Shown here piece by piece: positions 19,749-30,709 of a stretch of 64,000 bases of DNA (within the stretch, counting starts at the first letter, position 1; every line of letters starts with the position of its first letter). The notes under the pieces are model-generated. The model saw nothing but the letters and a program-made list of their open reading frames with translations, had not been told where the DNA came from and did no database searches. This DNA is from Patescibacteria group bacterium (GTDB lineage Bacteria > Patescibacteriota > Patescibacteriia > JAXHNJ01): assembly GCA_034520665.1 (NCBI GenBank), contig JAXHNJ010000001.1:386579-450578 (forward strand), given 5' to 3'. The position numbers and the translations under genes are program-made.

Positions 19749-20963
19749 TTAAATTTGTTTAATAAAGTTTTTCAGAGAAAAAAGGTTGGCTTTTTTCTCT
19801 TTTCTTTTTTTTATCTCAATTTTTTGGCCATTTTTATCACTAATCACGGCTCGAGTACTTATTCCCATAAGATCAGCGTCTTTAAGTTTATAAGAAGAGG
19901 ATACATCACGGTCATCATAAAGTACGTCAATATTATTTTTCAGTAATTTTTCATATATTTTATCAGCATATTCTGAGGTTTTGGACAAATTAAGGAGATG
20001 AACTTTATAAGGAGTGACACTGCTTGGCCAAATAATACCATACTGGTCATGACAAGCTTCAACTATTGAGGCCATTAAACGACCAATACCAATACCATAG
20101 CAGCCCATATAAACATATTTTTCACGTCCTTCTTTATTGGTAAAAGTAGCTCCCATTTTTTTACTGTAAGTATGGTTAAGCTTAAAAATATGGGCGGCTT
20201 CAATACCTCTAGCCTCCTTCATTTTACCTTGGCAATGGCGGCAAGTTTTTTTGGTAGAAGCTTCTTTATTGATGGCTTGATTGCAGTCTTGACAAATTAA
20301 TATTTTATCTTCACCAGAATCAGCTAAAACCATAAATTCATGGCAAAAATCACCACCGATAGAGCCTGATTGAGCTTCAACTACTTCGGCCTTTAATTTC
20401 AGTCTTTTAAATATATTTTTATAAGCTTGCAGAACTTTCTTATAATAATTATCTAAATCTTCTTTTGTAGCATGAAAACTATAAAGATCTTTCATGATAA
20501 ATTCTTTGACTCTTAATAACCCCCCAGTTACGCGTATTTCATTTCTAAACTTATTTTGTATTTGATAGAGAGCAAAAGGCAGCTGTTTATAAGAATTTAA
20601 GTATTTTTTAACTAAGTCAGTGATTACTTCTTCGTGAGTTGAACCCAGAGCAAATTCTTTCTTATGGATATCTTTTAATTTAAATAAAGGGGGTTCCATT
20701 TTATTCCAGCGACCTGAGTCAAGCCAAATACGCTTTGGTTGTAAAGTAGGGAGAAAAAGTTCTTGACCACCGATTTTATTCATTTCATGACGAATTATAT
20801 TCTCAATTTTACGAAAGACTTTCAGACCCAAAGGTAAAATAGTCCAGATACCGGCTGAAAGTTGATCTATATAAGAACCTCGAGTTAAATACTGTTGGCT
20901 GATGGTTTCAGCATCTTTTGAAGCTTGTTTTGATGTTTGGCAAAATAGCTGACTTTGTTTCAT
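19749..20963 (-). CDS. proS: Proline--tRNA ligase, short form without INS editing domain
   Basis: THEE, QIQNKFRNE, GLLRVKEFIMKDLYSF, MGCYGIG; 404 aa. Confidence 0.93.
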   Translation of the reverse strand: MKQSQLFCQTSKQASKDAETISQQYLTRGSYIDQLSAGIWTILPLGLKVFRKIENIIRHEMNKIGGQELFLPTLQPKRIWLDSGRWNKMEPPLFKLKDIHKKEFALGSTHEEVITDLVKKYLNSYKQLPFALYQIQNKFRNEIRVTGGLLRVKEFIMKDLYSFHATKEDLDNYYKKVLQAYKNIFKRLKLKAEVVEAQSGSIGGDFCHEFMVLADSGEDKILICQDCNQAINKEASTKKTCRHCQGKMKEARGIEAAHIFKLNHTYSKKMGATFTNKEGREKYVYMGCYGIGIGRLMASIVEACHDQYGIIWPSSVTPYKVHLLNLSKTSEYADKIYEKLLKNNIDVLYDDRDVSSSYKLKDADLMGISTRAVISDKNGQKIEIKKRKEKKANLFSLKNFIKQI

Positions 20964-20970
20964 AAACTAA

Positions 20971-22083
20971 TTAAAATATATTTTTAAAAAAATCAGAAAT
21001 TGAAGAAGCAATATTAAATTTTATAATATCACGAAAGGTTATAACAAAAAACAATAAAATTATCAGATAAAACCCTACTGTGTGTACTATATTTTCCACT
21101 CTTTCATTAACTCTCGAGCCTTTTATCTTTTCAATCAGTAAAAATAATAAATGACCACCATCTAAAGCCGGCAAAGGTAGAAAATTAATTAAAGCCAGAG
21201 TTAAAGAAAGCATACCGATAAATTCCAAAAGATAAACAAAACCCATTTTAGCCATTTGGCCGGTGATGACGGCGATACCAACCGGGCCAGCCACATCAGC
21301 CGAAATTTGATGGGAAATTAAAGCATTTTTAATTAAATTATAAAAACCTAAAATTATCTGCCAGAGCATAATAAAGGTTGCCTTTAAACCATTCCACACC
21401 GCTAAATGTAAAGGAAAGGAGACTATACCGGTATTTACCAGACTGACTCCCATTTTTGCTTGATCGCTTTCATCTAGTTTTTCTGGTTTAATATTAAGAT
21501 TTATTATCTCCCCTCCTCTTTTTACCGAAATATTAAGTGTCTCTCCTTCTTTATCAGTGTAATAATTTTTTAAATTATTTATATCTTTATAACCCTGGTC
21601 ATCAATAGAGATAATGATATCTCCAGTTTTTAAGCCTGCTTTTTCAGCCGGGGTATTCTCAACAACTTCATAAACTTGAATTTTTTCATCGCTTATTTTA
21701 GCCCCCGGAACATTATCACCAATAGCCGAAGGCAAACCCAACGTAAAGCCGAAACTAAAAACAACAATAGCTAAAATAACATTCATTAAAACGCCGGCTG
21801 ACATAATCAGGGCTCTCTGCCACACTTTTTTAGTGTTAAAACTGTCTTCGCTTTGCACAGAGCGGTCCCCCTGACCCTTAAGACGAACAAAGCCGCCTAA
21901 GGGGATCCAATTTAAGGAGTATTCTCGATCATTTTTTTTAAAAGCAAACATACGTGGAGGAAAACCAAGGCCAATCTCCTCTACTTTTACACCGGTTTTT
22001 TTAGCGGCTAAAAAGTGTCCAAATTCATGGACGATAATAACAATACTTAATACTAATACAAAACTAATAATAGTTAATAACAT
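20971..22083 (-). CDS. rseP: RIP metalloprotease RseP (M50 family, PDZ)
   Basis: HEFGH, IPLGGFV, PDZ domain, NFLPLPALDGG. Confidence 0.95.
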   Translation of the reverse strand: MLLTIISFVLVLSIVIIVHEFGHFLAAKKTGVKVEEIGLGFPPRMFAFKKNDREYSLNWIPLGGFVRLKGQGDRSVQSEDSFNTKKVWQRALIMSAGVLMNVILAIVVFSFGFTLGLPSAIGDNVPGAKISDEKIQVYEVVENTPAEKAGLKTGDIIISIDDQGYKDINNLKNYYTDKEGETLNISVKRGGEIINLNIKPEKLDESDQAKMGVSLVNTGIVSFPLHLAVWNGLKATFIMLWQIILGFYNLIKNALISHQISADVAGPVGIAVITGQMAKMGFVYLLEFIGMLSLTLALINFLPLPALDGGHLLFLLIEKIKGSRVNERVENIVHTVGFYLIILLFFVITFRDIIKFNIASSISDFFKNIF

Positions 22084-22632
22084 TTATATAGTCATTACCT
22101 CCTTTTCTTTATTATCAGCTAAGTCTTTTATTTTATGGTTAAATTCATCAAGCACTTTTTGCACTTCTTCTTCTTGACGATAATAATCATCCTCTGAAAT
22201 ATTACCTTCGTCTTTATCTTTTTTAATCTCTTTCATATACTCTTCACGAGCATTTCTAAGGCTTTGTTTCACTTCTTCAGATTTTTTTGAAATCGTTTTA
22301 GTTATTTCTTTTCTTCTTTCTTCAGTCATCGGCGGAATATTTAAACGTATTTGATTACCTTCCACCACTGGATTAAGACTAAGATCAGAGTTTTGGATAG
22401 CTTTTTCTATTTCTTTAATAACATTTTTGTCCCAGGGTTCTATAATAATCATTTTTGAATCAGGGGCGTTAACTGAAGCTAACTGCAGTAAAGGGGTAGG
22501 TGTGCCGTAATAATCCACTTTTATGGACTCAACAATTGCTGGTTTGGCTCGTCCGGTTCTAAGACCTTTTAATTCTTTTTTAAAATAATCAATAGATTGT
22601 TCAAATTTCTTTTTTAGATCTTTTTTTAACAT
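22084..22632 (-). CDS. frr: Ribosome recycling factor
   Basis: LRTGRA, VDYYG, PPMTEERR. Confidence 0.97.
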   Translation of the reverse strand: MLKKDLKKKFEQSIDYFKKELKGLRTGRAKPAIVESIKVDYYGTPTPLLQLASVNAPDSKMIIIEPWDKNVIKEIEKAIQNSDLSLNPVVEGNQIRLNIPPMTEERRKEITKTISKKSEEVKQSLRNAREEYMKEIKKDKDEGNISEDDYYRQEEEVQKVLDEFNHKIKDLADNKEKEVMTI

Positions 22633-22638
22633 AATTAT

Positions 22639-23676
22639 TTATTTATTTTTATAAACACTTATTAATATAGGATTAGTATCTTTCTCGCGAGGTATTATTT
22701 CAATATCAGAAATACTGCCGGAAGTGGGTAATATTTTAGTTTCCCATTCTTCACCTGAATTAATAGATTTATGAAACTTATTACTTCTAATGATATATAT
22801 AATCTCTGGATTTTCAGGATCTAGGGCTACCTGGTTTATACTAGTGCCAAAATTAACTAATGTTTTCACCGGTTTAAATGATTCTCCGCGATTTTCAGTT
22901 TTTAAGATACCGTAATTAGTAGATATATAGAATTCACTGGTATCCAGCATATTAAAGCTAATTGATTTTATGGATGAAGCCCCTTTATAATCTTTAAGTG
23001 CTACCCTTAAACCATGCCAAGTTAAACCCTTATCATAACTTATATAGAGATTATTTTTTGTCTTAATATAAATTATTCTAGAGTCATAAGGATCAAAAAA
23101 CATTTCAGAAATATATGTATTTAAATTATTTAATATTTGCCAGGTGTTACCATAATCATCACTTTTAATAATAGCGCCTGTATTAGTAGCCGCATAGATA
23201 CGTTTGGAATCATAGTAATCAGTAGCTACATCTGTAATAGTTCGACCCGGTTCAGCTTCGATGTATTTTACATCCCAATTTTTGCCAGCATTTACTGATT
23301 TATAAATTCTTCCTTTAGAAGCAGTATAAATTATATCTTTATTTTCACCATCAAAAGCCACATCAACATAGGTACCACTTTTCAAACCTGTTTCCTGCCA
23401 AATATCGCCTAAATTATCTGATTTATAAATACCACGACCAGCTGTACATATATAAAGCATTTCTTTATCCGGTGAAGGAATAATTTTGTTAACACTAATA
23501 TCACTGATTTTTAGTTCTTTTTTCTTTATTCGCCCAGCATAAACCTTTTGCTGCCATTTTTTACCAAAATCGTCACTACGATAAATTCCTAGATCATTGC
23601 TGGTAGAGCCGCCAATTTTTATTGAACAACCGGCTATAAAAAATAGTATTAGTATTATGGGAATTAATCTTTTCAT
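22639..23676 (-). CDS. Lipoprotein with BNR/Asp-box beta-propeller (YCF48/VPS10-like)
   Basis: Lipobox IAGC; repeated SxDxGxxW Asp-boxes. Confidence 0.8.
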   Translation of the reverse strand: MKRLIPIILILFFIAGCSIKIGGSTSNDLGIYRSDDFGKKWQQKVYAGRIKKKELKISDISVNKIIPSPDKEMLYICTAGRGIYKSDNLGDIWQETGLKSGTYVDVAFDGENKDIIYTASKGRIYKSVNAGKNWDVKYIEAEPGRTITDVATDYYDSKRIYAATNTGAIIKSDDYGNTWQILNNLNTYISEMFFDPYDSRIIYIKTKNNLYISYDKGLTWHGLRVALKDYKGASSIKSISFNMLDTSEFYISTNYGILKTENRGESFKPVKTLVNFGTSINQVALDPENPEIIYIIRSNKFHKSINSGEEWETKILPTSGSISDIEIIPREKDTNPILISVYKNK

Positions 23677-23680
23677 AAAA

Positions 23681-24694
23681 TTATATTTTAAGTATGAAAT
23701 TTTCTAAAACAATCTTAGGGTTCAAATTGCGATCTATGAGCATTTTTGTCACTATAAGATGATCAATTAATTTTTTAAAATAAAGATCCTTTTTACCTTT
23801 GATTATCTTTTTATAGATATTTTTTTTAAAAACGAAAGTAATTTTGTTTTCTTGATCTGATTGATAAAGTAACAAATCACGCAGAACCGTTAACCAAATA
23901 TTAATTAATGAGTGATAGTTAATAAAGGAGTTTTTCGATGGGGTAAGATTGCCGTAAAGTGAGGAAATTTCTTTAAAACGATCCGCTAAACTAAACGAAA
24001 ATAAATTTAAAAATCTATTAATAGTTTCTTGGTATGATTCAAAATATTCATTATCTCTGGCCATTTTTCTGGCCTGTGAAATCCGACCCTGAACAATCTG
24101 GCTTATAGACGAAGCTTTTTGATTATTTATCAGTTGACTTTTTTTAAGATAATCAAAAATTAAGGAGTGACTAATAAAATTAAACCTTATTGTCTGACAA
24201 CGAGAAGTAATAGTTTCTGGTAAACGATTTTTGTTGGAAGCTATTAAAATAATAATGGTTTTATCTGAGGGCTCTTCTAAGGTTTTTAAAAAACTGTTAC
24301 TGGCTGACTCACTCATCAATTCAGCCTGATCAATAAGAGCAAATTTATAGGGCCAATTAAGAGGCTTTAGGCTGAGATGATCTATAAGAGCCCTAATTTG
24401 TTCGATACTTATATTTTTTTTATCAGATTTCTTTTTTATTTCTAAAAAATCAGCACTTGTTTTTCTTCTAAAGATTTGGCAAGATTGACACTTTAAACAG
24501 GGGGCTGAGTTTTTCTTTTTTTGACAAATTATACGCCTTAAAAAGTTAACAGCTGCCTCTTTTTTACCAACCCCTTCAGGCCCCAGAAAAAGATAAGCAT
24601 GCGATAACTTTTTCTTTTCTATTGATTTATTAAAATAATCAAATACTTTTTTGTGACCCGAATATAAGGCTTCCTGAAAGATTTTTTCTACCAT
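23681..24694 (-). CDS. holB: DNA polymerase III subunit delta'
   Basis: HAYLFLGPEGVGK, zinc-binding Cys cluster, NSFLKTLEEP, TITSRC. Confidence 0.9.
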   Translation of the reverse strand: MVEKIFQEALYSGHKKVFDYFNKSIEKKKLSHAYLFLGPEGVGKKEAAVNFLRRIICQKKKNSAPCLKCQSCQIFRRKTSADFLEIKKKSDKKNISIEQIRALIDHLSLKPLNWPYKFALIDQAELMSESASNSFLKTLEEPSDKTIIILIASNKNRLPETITSRCQTIRFNFISHSLIFDYLKKSQLINNQKASSISQIVQGRISQARKMARDNEYFESYQETINRFLNLFSFSLADRFKEISSLYGNLTPSKNSFINYHSLINIWLTVLRDLLLYQSDQENKITFVFKKNIYKKIIKGKKDLYFKKLIDHLIVTKMLIDRNLNPKIVLENFILKI

Positions 24695-24741
24695 AAATTA
24701 TATTATATATAAAAATATAGTACCATTTATAGCCTCTTTCG

Positions 24742-25935
24742 TCAATAATTTTTAATAAGTTCTAATGTTTGTCTGGCACATTTTTGCCAAGAAAATTTTT
24801 CTATCCGGCTAAAACCTTTCTTAATAAGATTTTGTCTGTTTTTATTATTTTTAATAATTTTGATAATTTCCTTAGCTATTTGTTTATAATTATCCGGATC
24901 TAAAATAAGGCCGCCTGATCCGACAATTTCAGGCATAGAAGCTCTGTCTGAAACTATAACTGGACAACCGCAAGACATGGCTTCCAAAGGCGGTAAGCCA
25001 AAACCCTCATAATATGAGATAAAAACTAAGGCTAGAGCTGTATTATATAATAATGGCAAATCTTTATCACTAACCCAGCCCGGTCTAATAACCTCTCTTT
25101 GAATATTAGAAGTATTTAAAAATTGTTCAGCCTTTTTCCAGCCATAGCCTGGCTTACCGACTAAAAGTAGTTTTAAGGGTTTTTTATATTTTTTTTTGAT
25201 AAGACTGAATGTTTTAAGAAGCCCCAGTATATTTTTCTTTTTCTCTAAACGGCCGACATAAATTAAAAAGGGCTCTTTTATATTATATTTATCAAGAATT
25301 TTCTTTTTTAATTTATTATTTTTAGTCGGGTGATATTGATCCTGATCATACCCTTCATAGATAATATTAACTTTACTCCTATTAATATTATAATATTTTT
25401 TTATTTCATGAGCCGTAAATTTTGAAGGAGTTATAATAGAATAGGCCTTTTTAACGGCTAGCTTCATACTGAAACGATGATAATCAAGTTCGTTATTAGA
25501 GTAACGTCCTAAACTGAATATTTTTATAATTAAATATAATATTTTAGAAAATAAGTTTTTGCCACCAATTAATTTTTTAGCGTAAAATTCGGGAAAGACT
25601 TCAAAACCAACATCGTGGCAAGTGGTAATTATTTTTGTTCGAGAAAATAAAGGAATAGTATGAGCCGGCACAAAAAGTACATCCGGAGGATTTATTATCA
25701 TTTCCCAGGATAAACGAATTAAGTTCCATAAAAATCCAAAAGGCCACTTAAGCACCTTATTTTCAAAATTATTGCCAAGATTATTAATATTTTCCTGCCA
25801 GGGTTTTTTAGTGTATAGTCTATACTTATTTTTTTGGTCAAGTTTTGAAAATTGCTGGATTAAATTATACGAGTACCATTCAGTACCCGTCTTTTCTTTT
25901 TTATTGGCTCTGGAAGCATCAATACCGATAATCAT
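24742..25935 (-). CDS. Glycosyltransferase family 4
   Basis: IGIDASR, YVGRLEKKKN, YEGFGLPPLEAM. Confidence 0.9.
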   Translation of the reverse strand: MIIGIDASRANKKEKTGTEWYSYNLIQQFSKLDQKNKYRLYTKKPWQENINNLGNNFENKVLKWPFGFLWNLIRLSWEMIINPPDVLFVPAHTIPLFSRTKIITTCHDVGFEVFPEFYAKKLIGGKNLFSKILYLIIKIFSLGRYSNNELDYHRFSMKLAVKKAYSIITPSKFTAHEIKKYYNINRSKVNIIYEGYDQDQYHPTKNNKLKKKILDKYNIKEPFLIYVGRLEKKKNILGLLKTFSLIKKKYKKPLKLLLVGKPGYGWKKAEQFLNTSNIQREVIRPGWVSDKDLPLLYNTALALVFISYYEGFGLPPLEAMSCGCPVIVSDRASMPEIVGSGGLILDPDNYKQIAKEIIKIIKNNKNRQNLIKKGFSRIEKFSWQKCARQTLELIKNY

Positions 25936-25937
25936 AG

Positions 25938-26945
25938 TTATTTGGCGGATAATATACTTCTCTTATAAGACTCGAGATTATCTAAAGCAATACCGGTTCC
26001 TTTGGCTACGCATAAAAGAGAATCATCTGCTACATAAGCATTAACACCAGTGGCTTGAGTTATTAAACGATCAATATTTCTTAAAAGTGAAGAACCGCCT
26101 GATAAGACCATGCCCTTATCTATAACATCTGCTGAAAGCTCAGGTGGAGTGTTTTGTAAAACTATTTTAATAGCCTGAATGATTGAAGAAAGTTCATCTT
26201 GAATAGCTTCGATTACATCATCTGAGATTATGGAAATAGTTTTTGGCAAACCAGAAATCATGTCACGCCCTCTAATATCCATACTTAATTTATCTTCTAA
26301 AGGTAAGGCGGAGCCTATTTTAATCTTTATTTCTTCAGCTGTTCTTTCGCCTATGGCTAAACTATATTTTTTTCTAACATATTCTATAATAGCAGTATCA
26401 ATTTTAGTGCCGCCTACTCTGACTGAGTTATTGAAAACAATGCCACCTAAAGAAATAACCGCAATTTCAGAAGTACCACCACCAATATCAACTATCATAT
26501 GCCCGGAAGCTGAACCAATAGGAATATTAGCGCCAATAGCCGCGGCCACCGGCTCTTTAATGATATAGGCTGCTTTAGCCCCAGCGGCCATAGTAGCGTC
26601 TATAACCGCTCTTCTTTCAGTTGAAGTGATACCAGCTGGCACGGCTATCATAACCTCTGGACGGAAAAGTCTCACTCCGCTTAGAGCTTTATTAATAAAA
26701 TAGCGAATCATAGCTTCTGTTGTCCGATAATCAGCGATTACGCCCTCCCTTAACGGTGTTTGAGCTACAATAGTATCAGGAGTTCTCCCGATCATATCTT
26801 TAGCTTCTAAGCCAACAGCTAATACCTTTTTATCAACCAAAGAAATAGCTACCACTGAAGGCTCATTAATAACAATTCCCCGTCCTGGCATATAAACTAA
26901 GGTGTAAGTAGTGCCTAAATCAATACCAATTCTTTTGAAAAACAT
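25938..26945 (-). CDS. mreB: Second MreB/Mbl-family actin-like protein
   Basis: GIDLGT, NEPSVVA, DIGGGTSE; not linked to mreCD. Confidence 0.9.
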   Translation of the reverse strand: MFFKRIGIDLGTTYTLVYMPGRGIVINEPSVVAISLVDKKVLAVGLEAKDMIGRTPDTIVAQTPLREGVIADYRTTEAMIRYFINKALSGVRLFRPEVMIAVPAGITSTERRAVIDATMAAGAKAAYIIKEPVAAAIGANIPIGSASGHMIVDIGGGTSEIAVISLGGIVFNNSVRVGGTKIDTAIIEYVRKKYSLAIGERTAEEIKIKIGSALPLEDKLSMDIRGRDMISGLPKTISIISDDVIEAIQDELSSIIQAIKIVLQNTPPELSADVIDKGMVLSGGSSLLRNIDRLITQATGVNAYVADDSLLCVAKGTGIALDNLESYKRSILSAK

Positions 26946-28870
26946 TATTTTAAACTAATATTAATTATATAGTCTTTGTTAAGTGGGTTTGAAAAAGTTA
27001 TCTTATTATTACTCTCTTTTTCCAAATTGTCAATCCTGGAAAAGGCTTTTATATTTTTATGAAATTCTAAATTTAGGTCAGTTTTATAGTTAGCAGCCCC
27101 CGGTTGTTTCTGTATAACAAGCTGATAATTACCATCATTAATCATATTGCGAATTTTTTTTGGCAGTTTATATTTAAAAGTAATTGTTTTTTCTTCTCCT
27201 GGTTCAATAGAAATAAAGGATCCAAAATAGGTTTTTCCCAAATCATTAACAACATTTTTTTCTTCATTAGTACCGATAATATCAATTAACTGACTGCCTT
27301 GAGGAACATAAAGCCGAAAATATGTGCGATAGCGGGTAGTCTTCCAAGTAAAATCAGCTTCATTTTTATAATTTACTTTTAAATTAGCCGCATAATAATC
27401 GCCTTTATCAGTTAGATTATATTCAAAGTTACGGGTGACATAAGGGTCAGTTTTTAAACTGGCTAAATTTGTATCTATAAACATAATATAATCCCCTGGA
27501 TTTTGTATAACCTGTCCGCCCCAGTTATTTTGTTTGAGTAAATTTTCTGCTTGCTCATTTTTAAAGTAAAGAAGAAAATGTTTTTCTTGCAATTCTTTAT
27601 CAATAATCTGAAATAAGTCGTCCCATTTTGCCTGCGGCAGACTGTATAAATTTTCTATTAGCACTTTTGATAAATCGCCAATTATTTCTTTTCTTTGACT
27701 TTCATCTATATCTTTTTGCAAAAAACCTTTTTCTACCTGGTATTGCAGGGTATCGGTAAAGTTTTCCCTGGTAAATTTAACCCCGTGAACTGTAATTGAC
27801 CCGGTTAATTCAATTAAAGATTCAATTAAGTCAGGAGTGATAGCTATAACCCCATCAAAGTTTTTTTCACTCCCTCCTTCTTGTTCATAAAACCAAAGAG
27901 CTTTTTCAGCCGAGGTAGGAAAATCTGGAGACCAATTTGAATCACGTAAAAACCACTGTGAAGTTTTATTATATTTAGTCAGAGGCTCAGGCGGATCAAT
28001 ATTTAAATTCTCCGCTTTCTCATCGAGATTATAAACATTATTAGTTTTAAATTCTAATATATCAGCGTCTTTGAGTACTAAAGTCCCATAAGTACCAATA
28101 AAACCACCGGTCGGCCTTAATTCAGTATTATTTTGGAGAAGAAAAAGAAATTTTTTACTGTTGGGAAAACCGGCTAAATCCGGAATTATTTTAGCTAAGA
28201 CTGAAAGCTGACTTATGGCTTGCTCAGCTTTGGGTAAATAATCTTTAAGTAAAACAACTGTTTCATTTACTGGTCCAATAAGACCGGTTTGGGAGATGTT
28301 TTTAATACTATTATTGGATTTTTTTATGATCTCATTAGCCTGGGTGAAAGTATCCTCAGAATCATTTAACTTGGCTAATATTACTCTTTTTTCCTGAACC
28401 GTTATGTCAGCAAAACTAATATCATGGTTTTCTTTTAAAGGAGATATTATATCTACGGCTAAACTAACAAGGTTACCGGTGGAATGGGAAATATCTACAC
28501 CAACTTTTAAAATTTTATCAATGGCCTGATATTGCTGACTGATTATGGGCATAAATTTGAGTAAAGGCATCTTTTCTAGTTCAACTCTAGCGTTATTAAA
28601 ATTTCTGTTACTTTGATAAATTAATTCTTCGGCTTGGCTATAATCCTGGAGGGCAATTAATTCTTGGGCTTTAAATAAATTCTCTTTGGCTTTTAAAGAT
28701 TGCTGGTAAACTTTTTTCCCTTTCGGATAATAAAAAATAGTTAAAATTACAAAGAGTAAAAATATTGTAACTAAAACAACTAAAGCCCATTTTATACTTC
28801 TTTTCTTAGATTTATTTTTTTTCTTTAAACCAAAAGATTGAATTAAATTCATTTTGCCTTTATTTTTCAT
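26945..28870 (-). CDS. DUF4012 domain membrane-anchored protein
   Basis: N-terminal TM, LLQNNTELRPTGGFIG and LRDSNWSPDFPTSA motifs. Confidence 0.85.
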   Translation of the reverse strand: MKNKGKMNLIQSFGLKKKNKSKKRSIKWALVVLVTIFLLFVILTIFYYPKGKKVYQQSLKAKENLFKAQELIALQDYSQAEELIYQSNRNFNNARVELEKMPLLKFMPIISQQYQAIDKILKVGVDISHSTGNLVSLAVDIISPLKENHDISFADITVQEKRVILAKLNDSEDTFTQANEIIKKSNNSIKNISQTGLIGPVNETVVLLKDYLPKAEQAISQLSVLAKIIPDLAGFPNSKKFLFLLQNNTELRPTGGFIGTYGTLVLKDADILEFKTNNVYNLDEKAENLNIDPPEPLTKYNKTSQWFLRDSNWSPDFPTSAEKALWFYEQEGGSEKNFDGVIAITPDLIESLIELTGSITVHGVKFTRENFTDTLQYQVEKGFLQKDIDESQRKEIIGDLSKVLIENLYSLPQAKWDDLFQIIDKELQEKHFLLYFKNEQAENLLKQNNWGGQVIQNPGDYIMFIDTNLASLKTDPYVTRNFEYNLTDKGDYYAANLKVNYKNEADFTWKTTRYRTYFRLYVPQGSQLIDIIGTNEEKNVVNDLGKTYFGSFISIEPGEEKTITFKYKLPKKIRNMINDGNYQLVIQKQPGAANYKTDLNLEFHKNIKAFSRIDNLEKESNNKITFSNPLNKDYIINISLK

Positions 28871-29711
28871 TTGTTTTTTTTCGGGTAATTATTTTTTCTT
28901 TATTAATTTTCTTGGCTCCCCAGTATTTAGCAAAATATTTTAAAGCACTAGCAATATGAATACGAGTAGCTTGACTAAAAATTCCCCTTAGTCCGGGATT
29001 TTCAGCACTTAACCTCTGATGATAGTGAACTATTTCTATATTATTTAAATAACAAACAAGAAAACCAGCTTGCCAAAATTGGCGACACCAATCAACATCT
29101 TCAAAATAAAGTTCAAATCTTTCGTCCATTAAACCCACTTTTTCAATAGAAGAGCTTCGAACGAGCATACAAGCGCCTAAAACCCAATCAACAGCATTAA
29201 CTTCTTTAAAATTATAGTCAAGCATAAGATAATCTCGAAGCTTCTTTTTAACTGACGGAAGTTTGCCTAGTGGCGTACGGCGGTAGATGGGGGTCATAAA
29301 TCGTGGAAAGCGATAGCAGGAAATCTGTCTGGTACCGTCCGGATTAATTAATTTGGGGGCCACTACCCCAACATTAGGGTTATTGTCCATAAATTTTAAT
29401 AATTTTTCAATCACTCCTTCAAAAATAGCAATATCAGGGTTTAAGATCATAATATATTGACCCCTAGCTTCTTTAATACCAAGATTATTACCAGCAGCAC
29501 AACCGTTATTTTGAGGGCTTTCAATACATTTTATATTAGGAAAATTTTCACGCATCATTTTAACACTGTCATCATTGGAATGATTGTCAACGGCTATAAT
29601 TTCATAATTTACGGGTAAATTTAAGAGTTGTATACCTTTTATACATTGTTTGAGTAAACCCTTGGTTTTGTAGTTTAAAATTATTACTGATAATATTATT
29701 TCTTGAGCCAT
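28860..29711 (-). CDS. Glycosyltransferase family 2 (WbbL-like)
   Basis: VDNHSND, LNPD, DWVLGAC, YFEDVDWC. Confidence 0.9.
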   Translation of the reverse strand: MAQEIILSVIILNYKTKGLLKQCIKGIQLLNLPVNYEIIAVDNHSNDDSVKMMRENFPNIKCIESPQNNGCAAGNNLGIKEARGQYIMILNPDIAIFEGVIEKLLKFMDNNPNVGVVAPKLINPDGTRQISCYRFPRFMTPIYRRTPLGKLPSVKKKLRDYLMLDYNFKEVNAVDWVLGACMLVRSSSIEKVGLMDERFELYFEDVDWCRQFWQAGFLVCYLNNIEIVHYHQRLSAENPGLRGIFSQATRIHIASALKYFAKYWGAKKINKEKIITRKKTNEK

Positions 29712-30709
29712 TCTCTTATTGATTTTATATTTTTAGGTTTTAAAACTTGTTCTCTTTTTTTTAGCATTTTGTTAAAATATTTAAAGAATTGGAAATAAGC
29801 TTTTATATTTTTTATTTCAAAAAATAGTATATAGAAAAATCTTTTTAGTTCGCGAGGTACTATGTAGTAAAAATCTTTAAAAAAATTAGAAACATATTCG
29901 TTTTTTAAGTACATTAAAAGGTGGTTGCGAGTGGAATAATAATTTATTACTTTTGATTTAGCCTGCCTGGATTTTCTAACTGCTTTAAAGCTTTGATCTT
30001 TAGGAGCTTTGGCTTGACGATGATGGTAAGCCAGAGCGGTCGGTAAATAGTAAGACTTTTTATTCTTAATATTCATACGCCAAGCTAAATCAATATCTTC
30101 TTTATAAACAAAGAAATCTTCATCAAAATATTCTTGTCCAATTTTTATTTTGTTCAAAGTAGATCGATTGATAAATAACAAACCTCCACAAACACCAAAG
30201 ACAGGTCCAGGCTTATTGAAAACATCATGATCTTTTTTATTTTCGTGACGGTTATAAAAGTTACGATTACGTTTAACAGCTAGACCTGTATTATCAATAA
30301 TATCAGTAAAAATTATTTCGTTCAAATCATTGCCCTTAAAATGAAATTTTTTTATTTTTCCCGTAATGGCTTGATATTCTGGTTTCTTTTGTACAAAATT
30401 GATCATTTTTTCTAAATAATCTTCTTTTAAAATAATATCCGGGTTCATTATTAAAAGCCACTCTCCCCCAGTTATCTTAAGGCCCTGATTATGGGCTTTG
30501 GCATAGCCTAAATTTTTTTTGTTTTTTAAAATTTTTACTTCTGGGTAATTTTTTTCAATAAATTCTAGAGTACCGTCTTTAGAGCCATTATCAATCACTA
30601 AAACCGAAAAATCTCTGAAGGTTTGTTTAAAAATTGAAGCTAGACAATTTTCAATATATATTAGAGAGTTCCAAGTAACTATATTAATATTTACCTTTTT
30701 TGTCTGCAT
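29696..30709 (-). CDS. Glycosyltransferase family 2
   Basis: IDNGSKDGT, MNPD, YKEDIDLAWR; start taken at MQTKKV (ORF track starts at 30721). Confidence 0.88.
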   Translation of the reverse strand: MQTKKVNINIVTWNSLIYIENCLASIFKQTFRDFSVLVIDNGSKDGTLEFIEKNYPEVKILKNKKNLGYAKAHNQGLKITGGEWLLIMNPDIILKEDYLEKMINFVQKKPEYQAITGKIKKFHFKGNDLNEIIFTDIIDNTGLAVKRNRNFYNRHENKKDHDVFNKPGPVFGVCGGLLFINRSTLNKIKIGQEYFDEDFFVYKEDIDLAWRMNIKNKKSYYLPTALAYHHRQAKAPKDQSFKAVRKSRQAKSKVINYYSTRNHLLMYLKNEYVSNFFKDFYYIVPRELKRFFYILFFEIKNIKAYFQFFKYFNKMLKKREQVLKPKNIKSIREWLKK